From the NCBI GenBank assembly GCA_002477545.1, contig DLQJ01000016.1, positions 24,528 through 88,527 of the forward strand: a DNA stretch of 64,000 nucleotides. The letters run 5' to 3'. How positions within the stretch are numbered: the first letter of the stretch is position 1; each line of letters opens with the position of its first letter. The notes under the pieces are model-generated. The model searched no databases, was not told the DNA's origin, and saw nothing but the letters and a program-made list of their open reading frames with translations. This document shows, piece by piece, positions 57,734 through 64,000 of this stretch. Position numbers and translations under genes: made by a program. Source of the DNA: Patescibacteria group bacterium UBA7435 (GTDB lineage Bacteria > Patescibacteriota > Minisyncoccia > Phycocordibacterales > UBA918).

Positions 57734-59395
57734 TTATTTGCTTTCGTAACTTGCACGGATGAAAGCTGTGAATAAAGGATGAGGATCCAACGGCCGTGCC
57801 TGCAATTCTGGATGATACTGCACTCCTACAAAAAATGGATGAACTTCTGTTGGTAGCTCCATGGTTTCCATAAGACGTCCGTCTGGTGACTTCCCTGAAA
57901 AGATAAGTCCCTCATTTTCAAGCTCCATGATGTATGCAGGGTTCACTTCATACCGGTGTCGGTGTCGTTCAAGAATATCTGTTTGTTTGTATGCCCTTGC
58001 AACTACTGAACCCTTTTGCAAAACCGCAGGGTACTGCCCAAGACGCATAGAACCTCCCATATCTCCCTTTGCGATTTTCTCTTTCTGTTCATCCATCACG
58101 CCCACAATAAGATTCGCTGCTTTGGGGTTAATTTCTTCGGTACTGGCATCCTTCTTTTTTACTACATTTTGTGCAAATTCAAGCACTGCCAATTGCATAC
58201 CGTAACAAATACCAAAATATGGAATTCGATTTTTTCGCACATACTCGATTACTTTAAGTTTTCCATCAACGCCCGTCTTACCGAACCCTCCAGGAACCAA
58301 GACACCGTCATATTTCTTAAGCTCTTTAAGTTTCTTACTGTCGGCAAAATCGTGTGACGATAAGTATGTAATGTTTGGCTTGAGTCCTAACTTGTATGAT
58401 GAATACTTAATTGCCTCAAGCACTGAAATATATACGTCAGAAAGCACAAAATCTCCTGAACTGAAATACTTACCGATTACCGCGATCTCTACAGTATCCT
58501 TCGTATTTTTAGACTTTGACACAAATCGTTTCCATTCTGAAAGGTCAGATTTTTTAGAACATGAGAGATCAAGCATTTCACACAAACGATCTGAAAGACG
58601 ATCTTTTTCAAGATTTAAAGGAATGTCGTAGATGCTTTCTACATCAGGTGCAGATATGACGTCTTCTGCATGCACATTACAAAACGTTGCGATTTTTTCT
58701 TTACGTTTCTGGTCTACACCAACTGGTGAGCGAGCGATGATAATATTTGCAAAAACTCCTGCGCTATTGAGCATACGTACAGCAGTTTGGGTTGGTTTTG
58801 TTTTCATCTCACCAATACTTCCAGGCACCGGCAGGTAACTAACCATAACCACACCTATATCCTGAGGGTTTTTGGTCTTCATCATACGTATTGCTTCCAA
58901 AAAGAGTACGTTCTGGTATTCGCCGACTGTCCCACCTACTTCAATAAGTACAACGTCCGCACCTGCACCTTCTCCTGCTTTTTGTATACGGGAGATTACC
59001 TCAAGTGGAATATCTGGAACAACCTCTACATTTTTACCCTTGTATCCAAGATTACGCTCTTTTGCGATTACGGCTTGATATACACTCCCTGTGGTCATGT
59101 AATTAATGCCTGGAATATCAATATTTAAAAATCGTTCATAGTTCCCCATGTCTTGATCTGTTTCAAGACCGTCTTTAAGCACAAAACATTCACCATGTTC
59201 AGTAGGGTTCATGGTCCCCGCATCCACATTTACATACGGGTCAATTTTTACTGCGGTAACAGAAAGTCCACGTCCTTGTAGGATTTTTGCGATCGATGAC
59301 GACGCTACTCCCTTTCCAACTCCACTCATTACTCCACCGACGACGAAGATGTATTTTGTGTTCTTCGTCTTCTTTGTCTGTGCTTTCTTAGGCAT
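57734..59395 (-). CDS. pyrG: CTP synthase
   Basis: N-terminal synthetase domain (VVGGVMSGVGKG) and C-terminal GATase (GICYGMQ, His/Glu). Confidence 0.95.
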   Translation of the reverse strand: MPKKAQTKKTKNTKYIFVVGGVMSGVGKGVASSSIAKILQGRGLSVTAVKIDPYVNVDAGTMNPTEHGECFVLKDGLETDQDMGNYERFLNIDIPGINYMTTGSVYQAVIAKERNLGYKGKNVEVVPDIPLEVISRIQKAGEGAGADVVLIEVGGTVGEYQNVLFLEAIRMMKTKNPQDIGVVMVSYLPVPGSIGEMKTKPTQTAVRMLNSAGVFANIIIARSPVGVDQKRKEKIATFCNVHAEDVISAPDVESIYDIPLNLEKDRLSDRLCEMLDLSCSKKSDLSEWKRFVSKSKNTKDTVEIAVIGKYFSSGDFVLSDVYISVLEAIKYSSYKLGLKPNITYLSSHDFADSKKLKELKKYDGVLVPGGFGKTGVDGKLKVIEYVRKNRIPYFGICYGMQLAVLEFAQNVVKKKDASTEEINPKAANLIVGVMDEQKEKIAKGDMGGSMRLGQYPAVLQKGSVVARAYKQTDILERHRHRYEVNPAYIMELENEGLIFSGKSPDGRLMETMELPTEVHPFFVGVQYHPELQARPLDPHPLFTAFIRASYESK

Positions 59396-59413
59396 CGTAT
59401 TCTTATTTATCTA

Positions 59414-60334
59414 TTACACTCGTAGGTACCTTGCAACTGCCAATAAACTTGAGGTAACCCCCATAATAATTCCAGCTCCCACCAAAACCATAAATATGTA
59501 TGCGAAGTCTGAAACAAAGTAATTGAAAAGGTTGAACTGGAAGAACTGCTCAGTCTCTGGACCTATCCAGAGCACAATTGGATACAATATCAAAAGTGCG
59601 AGTACTCCAGCTGCAATACCATACATAATTCCTTGTAGCATAAATGGACCCCGGATAAACATATTACTTGCACCAACTAACCGCATTACTGAAATTTCCT
59701 CACGCGTTGTGTATACCGTTAATCGCACCGTATTAAAGGTGATAAGAATTGCTGCAGCGACCAAAACAATCATAATGGCAAACGTGGCATTCTCAACAGC
59801 CTGAATGATTGCGGTGAGCTTCTCAATTGCCTCTTGGTTCTTAAGGAAGTTTACCTCATCAATCAGAGGATTCTGTGGATCCTCAATTGCTTGTTGTTCG
59901 GAAAGAAACGATGCTATCCCCTCATACTGTGAGGTGTCTTTTGCTCGAATAGACAATGATGATCCCAATGGATTATCCCCCAGCTCTTCAAGACCTTGCA
60001 TGATTGTTTCATCGTTCTGATGACGTTCTGAAAAGGCTTCTAGTGCTGCTTCACGTGAGGTAAAGACTACCTCTTCAACATCAGGCAGTGCTTCAAGTGA
60101 GGTTTGCAATAGATCAACATCAGTCTGTTCAGCAGTGGTAACAAAATATACGTTGATATCTACCTTGTCCTGTACATTCTCAAGAGATACCGCCAAAAGC
60201 GTGTCGATCATCATTGTTGCGCCAATTACAAACAATGCAACTGACATTACGAAGATTGCAGAGAGTGACACAAACGCATTGCGCCAAAATCCTACAAAAC
60301 CTGCTCGAACTATTCGTTTAAATGCTATCCACAT
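59414..60334 (-). CDS. ftsX: Cell division permease-like protein FtsX
   Basis: 4 TM helices and large extracytoplasmic loop; adjacent to ftsE. Confidence 0.85.
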   Translation of the reverse strand: MWIAFKRIVRAGFVGFWRNAFVSLSAIFVMSVALFVIGATMMIDTLLAVSLENVQDKVDINVYFVTTAEQTDVDLLQTSLEALPDVEEVVFTSREAALEAFSERHQNDETIMQGLEELGDNPLGSSLSIRAKDTSQYEGIASFLSEQQAIEDPQNPLIDEVNFLKNQEAIEKLTAIIQAVENATFAIMIVLVAAAILITFNTVRLTVYTTREEISVMRLVGASNMFIRGPFMLQGIMYGIAAGVLALLILYPIVLWIGPETEQFFQFNLFNYFVSDFAYIFMVLVGAGIIMGVTSSLLAVARYLRV

Positions 60335-60339
60335 AATAT

Positions 60340-61023
60340 TTATAATACATATTTACCTTCCGCATCGTCGCGTACGATACGCCCCTCGTCCATAGTAATC
60401 ACCCGACGACCCAACTCATCAATTACTCCCTTGTTGTGTGTAGTCATAATGACCGTTGTTCCAAGATCATTAATTTTGCGAAGGATCTGTACTACTTCAT
60501 ACGTCGCAATTGGATCTAAATTTCCCGTTGGCTCGTCCGCAATAATAATATCTGGCTGATTCACAATCGCACGTGCAATAGCAACTCGTTGTTTCTCTCC
60601 TCCAGAAAGCTCTCCAGGGAAATTCCAGATCTTATCCTCAAGGTCTACTAGTGCCAGTGCCTGCGGTACATTCTCAGCAATCTCATCATCATTGCGGCCA
60701 TTTGCCTCCATCGCGAACGCAATATTTTCGTAAGCAGTTTTATGCGGAAGGAGCTTAAAGTCTTGGAAGACTGTTCCGATCTTTCGTCGATACTTCGGAA
60801 GTTTTGTTCTCGGAATCTGATGGATATCAAGAGATTCAAAAAAGACCTGACCATCGGTTGGTCGATCTTCTGCAATAAGCATTTTTAGGAGTGTTGTTTT
60901 ACCTGCACCAGAATGACCAACAATAGAAACAAATTCTTTAGGAGCTACCTGAAAAGACACACTTTCCAGTGCTGTTCCTTGCCCTCCGTTGTAAGTCTTC
61001 GATACGTTATCGAAATAAATCAT
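60340..61023 (-). CDS. ftsE: Cell division ATP-binding protein FtsE
   Basis: Walker A GHSGAGKTT, signature LSGGEKQRVAIARA, Walker B IIIADEPTGNLD. Confidence 0.9.
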   Translation of the reverse strand: MIYFDNVSKTYNGGQGTALESVSFQVAPKEFVSIVGHSGAGKTTLLKMLIAEDRPTDGQVFFESLDIHQIPRTKLPKYRRKIGTVFQDFKLLPHKTAYENIAFAMEANGRNDDEIAENVPQALALVDLEDKIWNFPGELSGGEKQRVAIARAIVNQPDIIIADEPTGNLDPIATYEVVQILRKINDLGTTVIMTTHNKGVIDELGRRVITMDEGRIVRDDAEGKYVL

Positions 61024-61116
61024 AAGCTAACTTCACTATTATACTGCAATGCTCGTAATAGGCCAAAGACATACCGTGCATTGAGTGTATTACAACATAA
61101 AACCTGTGTCTGTCTT

Positions 61117-61989
61117 CTATAGTTCCGTTGCTGCATCGAGAAATAGCTGGATACCACCGCCCAACACCTCGTCGATCTTACTAGTCTCTGCATTAGTCCG
61201 ATGATCCTTCACCATTTGATACGGATGTAATACATACGATCGAATTTGTGACCCCCATTCAATCTTAACGGTTTTTTCAATAGAAAGACCTTTCATTTCT
61301 CGCTTATGCTGTGCGTCATTAAACGCAAATACCTTACCTGCAAGCAGCTTCATTCCCTTCTCTCTGTTTTGTTGCTGTGAACGTTCAGTTGAAACGTTTA
61401 CTGAGATATTTGTAGGGATATGTTTAATACGAACTGCTGTCTCGCGCTTGTTCACGTTCTGTCCCCCAGCCCCACCACTGCGCGCAAAGCTAATTTCCAA
61501 GTCATCTTCATTAAGGTCAACTTCCTTGAGATCATCTACTTGCGGAGACACTTCAACTAACACAAATGATGTCTGCCGCTTTCCGCTTGAGTTAAAGGGC
61601 GACATGCGTACCAGACGATGTACCCCTGATTCAGTTTGTAACGTTCCGTATGAACCCTTCCCGTGAATTTCAAAAGTGATATTCCGATATCCATTATGTT
61701 CATTGGCATGTGCATCAAGCGTCATAGCTACCCACCCCTGACTTTCAGCATACTTCTGATACATCTCTACAAGCATACGTGCAAAGTCTTCCGCGTCATC
61801 CCCTCCCGCACCTGCCACAACAGTGATCACTGCGTTATTACGATCATATTTCCCCTTACCATCTGCAGCATCCTTTAAATCTTGAAGCTCTTTAATCATC
61901 GCCTGCGCCTTCTGTGGATCATTCCAAAAATCTGCCTGCAGCATGGCAGCGTCGATTTCAGCGATGCGGTTTTGTATGTCCTTAGGCAT
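61117..61989 (-). CDS. prfB: Peptide chain release factor 2 (compact, single-frame, no programmed frameshift)
   Basis: SPF tripeptide (RMSPFNS) and GGQ ([11 protein letters not shown]); 290 aa in one frame. Confidence 0.8.
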   Translation of the reverse strand: MPKDIQNRIAEIDAAMLQADFWNDPQKAQAMIKELQDLKDAADGKGKYDRNNAVITVVAGAGGDDAEDFARMLVEMYQKYAESQGWVAMTLDAHANEHNGYRNITFEIHGKGSYGTLQTESGVHRLVRMSPFNSSGKRQTSFVLVEVSPQVDDLKEVDLNEDDLEISFARSGGAGGQNVNKRETAVRIKHIPTNISVNVSTERSQQQNREKGMKLLAGKVFAFNDAQHKREMKGLSIEKTVKIEWGSQIRSYVLHPYQMVKDHRTNAETSKIDEVLGGGIQLFLDAATEL

Positions 61990-61996
61990 TAAATAT

Positions 61997-62422
61997 TTAT
62001 CTTACAGTACCAAAATATACTTCTCCAGTCTTGAGTGCTTCTAAACCTTTCTTATCACCAACAATCAAAGGTTCAGGTAAATCACCGATGTCATACCAGC
62101 TCCAACCGTCAAACATTTCAGAATCTAACACCTGAGGCTCGCCGCTAACCCATTGTGCAGTAGCTTCAATATCAACATAATGTGAACCTTTCCAGTGCAG
62201 AGCGTTTAAAAAAGAAACTATTTGTACATTCTCGACAACCAAACCAGTTTCTTCAGTTACTTTTCTCTGAGCGCACTCCTCTAAAGTTTCTCCGAAAGCA
62301 AGATGTCCACCTGGGCCTGCATACTCAAATGCTCCATCTCCTTTTTTTCGCTTACCCAAAAGCACCTTGTCATCTTTTAAAATCAAAACCCCAATGACAA
62401 CCTCCGGATATTTTTTAGTCAT
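61997..62422 (-). CDS. NUDIX hydrolase
   Basis: Nudix box [26 protein letters not shown]. Confidence 0.75.
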   Translation of the reverse strand: MTKKYPEVVIGVLILKDDKVLLGKRKKGDGAFEYAGPGGHLAFGETLEECAQRKVTEETGLVVENVQIVSFLNALHWKGSHYVDIEATAQWVSGEPQVLDSEMFDGWSWYDIGDLPEPLIVGDKKGLEALKTGEVYFGTVR

Positions 62423-62423
62423 A

Positions 62424-62846
62424 CTATATTTTCAAAAGATAAAAGTGTGTGTCTTTCTCAGTGTATCCACGTTTTTCATACATTCCTTGCACCGCTTCAC
62501 GGGAACATGTCAAAGCAATATCAGTACAACCCCATTCTCGAGCCTTCTCTTCCAGTGCATCCATAATCACTTTAAACAAACCTTGTCCACGCGCATCTGG
62601 ATGGACCACAATGTTATTAACATATCCAGTGATATTAACTGGATGAACTACCTTACTTATCAACCCCATTCCCAAAAGTCGATCGTCAATAACCACACCG
62701 AAGAAATACGTATGATCATCAAGCGCAGTCTCTTTAAAAAGTTCTGGATTAATATTCTCTGGCACACTCACTAGATGTTTTTGAGCTTCAATGCAATCAG
62801 TCAGGTACTGATCGATATTTTCAGATGTAAGTTGGATGGTTTTCAT
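62424..62846 (-). CDS. GNAT-family N-acetyltransferase
   Basis: Acetyl-CoA-binding motif VVHPDARGQGLFKVIM. Confidence 0.75.
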   Translation of the reverse strand: MKTIQLTSENIDQYLTDCIEAQKHLVSVPENINPELFKETALDDHTYFFGVVIDDRLLGMGLISKVVHPVNITGYVNNIVVHPDARGQGLFKVIMDALEEKAREWGCTDIALTCSREAVQGMYEKRGYTEKDTHFYLLKI

Positions 62847-62925
62847 ATGTTTATGAGTATACCAGTGTATATTTTGTTTTCAATTTTTTCATTCTCTGGT
62901 AGGATGTTGCAATCCAAGAAGATAC

Positions 62926-62998
62926 GCCATCTTAGCTCAGTTGGTAGAGCGCACCCATGGTAAGGGTGAGGTCCGCAGTTCAATTCTGCGAGATGGCT
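62926..62998 (+). tRNA. tRNA-Thr (anticodon GGT)
   Basis: GCCATCTTAGCTCAGTTGGTAGAGCG..., anticodon loop ATGGTAA, T-arm CGCAGTTCAATTCTGCG. Confidence 0.85.
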
Positions 62999-63372
62999 CA
63001 TAAAAACAAAAGTTCCCAAGGGGAGCTTTTTTTATGATCCATCTCAGAAAGTGCCTTAATGGCACTTTCGGCAGAATTGAAAAGCTTTTGTGAAATTTCT
63101 GGAGCTTGCGAACAGAAATCTCCAAAAGGTCTACTGCCCCTGTAAGGGGAAATTATGAAGAAGCTCTCAATTCCACGAGGAATAACTTAGTGATTCGTGG
63201 CCAATTCTGTGTACGGCCAAAGGGACTCGTCCCGTTTATCTAATTCGCTTTTGCTCATAAGAACACTGGACGCGGCTTGTCGACCCAGAGGGTCCCCGAC
63301 TACGCCGTTCGAGCCCCTTCGGCCTGGAGATACAAACAAAAACAACCCTAGCGGGTTGTTTTTGTGTATCTG

Positions 63373-63446
63373 CGCGGCCAAAGGGACTCGAACCCTCAAC
63401 CTCCCGCGTGACAGGCGGGTGCTCTAACCAATTGAGCTATGGCCGC
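63373..63446 (-). tRNA. tRNA-Asp (anticodon GTC)
   Basis: GCGGCCATAGCTCAATTGGTTAGAGCA..., anticodon loop CTGTCAC, discriminator G. Confidence 0.85.
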
Positions 63447-63542
63447 AGGCATAAAACCTGCAAACTTGCATAATCTCTACAAGTGGCAAGAGTATATAGT
63501 TTTTGTGGGGTTTTTGCAATACGTTGGGGGAGGAATTGAACA

Positions 63543-63609
63543 TTACATGTTCAGTACAGGTTGTCACGATTTTACTGAAGTAAAATCGTAGGCAACCTTT
63601 TCGAGCCCT
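63543..63609. repeat. Small repeat family copy 2, downstream of tRNA-Met
   Basis: See the copy at 55725-55788. Confidence 0.55.
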
Positions 63610-63679
63610 CCTGTAAGCCATCCCATGGCTTACCCCGTCGGCACAAACAAAAAACTCCCTCAGGGGAGCATTTTATTTG

Positions 63680-63753
63680 TGTCGACGGGAGGGCTCGAAC
63701 CTCCGACCTCAACTTTATGAGTGTTGCGCTCTAACCAACTGAGCTACGCCGAC
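63680..63753 (-). tRNA. tRNA-Met (anticodon CAT; elongator-type or possibly tRNA-Ile2)
   Basis: GTCGGCGTAGCTCAGTTGGTTAGAGCG..., anticodon loop CTCATAA, T-arm GGAGGTTCGAGCCCTCC; G1-C72 pair, so not an initiator. Confidence 0.75.
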
Positions 63754-63811
63754 ATTTGAATCTGTGAGCAACAGAGTACTATATTTACTTCGTAGAATCA
63801 ATTACTTTCTA

Positions 63812-64000
63812 GGACACAAAATTGTTTCTGCTTTCTCTACATCCTCTGGTCTCCCTACAGAAATCCACATATCCTGCTGCACAACCTGAACTGAGTAATC
63901 CTGCGCAAACTGTGTAAACATGTCAGTTACAAATAATTCACCACTTTCCTCATTTACAGAAACTGAGTACTGGAATATTTTTTGATCTAATACAAAACCA
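63812..64000 (-). CDS. 3' end of a minus-strand gene that starts beyond the window (C-terminal 62 aa)
   Basis: In-frame ORF ending at TAA 63812-63814 (...ISVGRPEDVEKAETILCPRK*); product unassigned. Confidence 0.35.

Noticed and set aside
63187-63621. ORFs 63187-63399, 63197-63427 and 63424-63621
   Set aside because: They overlap tRNA-Asp, its hairpins and the repeat element, with no coding signal.
1-64000. CRISPR array, integrase, transposase or prophage genes
   Set aside because: No regularly spaced direct repeats with unique spacers, and no ORF with recombinase, transposase or phage structural motifs, were seen. The only mobile-like features are the small non-autonomous repeats.

Overview
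This window reads as a gene-dense, low-GC stretch of bacterial chromosome. I infer the low GC from reading the sequence. The gene content, small compact proteins and the pilin-like family suggest a Patescibacteria/CPR-type organism; that lineage call is inference. The window uses the standard genetic code: TGA acts as a stop in ATGA stop/start overlaps at 4097 and 37851, and prfB (RF2) is present. Most of it is housekeeping: gyrA, rpsA, pth, lepB, rpsU-ybeY-ftsA-ftsZ, trxB, glmS, tsaC/tsaD, a class-I aaRS (probably valS), lepA, murJ, rsgA, pyrG, ftsEX, prfB, msrAB and csp. I found 11 tRNA genes and an RNase P RNA (rnpB, minus strand about 47222-47578) that the ORF track misses. There are many strong rho-independent terminator hairpins. 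I saw no CRISPR array, integrase, transposase or prophage. The findings worth a second look are these. (1) Nearly every tRNA is followed by a hairpin plus an antisense pseudo-copy of its own 3' half, which gives long near-perfect palindromes that include the tRNA 3' end. (2) Two small repeat families exist: a ~128-bp MITE-like element abutting the stop codons of gyrA and pyrG, and a ~65-bp element downstream of tRNA-Gln and tRNA-Met that carries compensatory hairpin changes. (3) Four tandem paralogous pilin-like small membrane proteins (CPR T4SS-pilin/TrbC-like family) flank an SPFH-like membrane pair and a solute-binding-like lipoprotein. (4) A perfect 58-bp palindrome lies in the pth/lepB divergent region. 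(5) There is a HisRS-like class II paralog with degenerate catalytic motifs, and a duplicated zinc-ribbon protein. (6) I also list candidate unannotated sRNA or structured RNA regions. Coordinates of RNA genes and repeats were hand-derived and may be off by a few nt.
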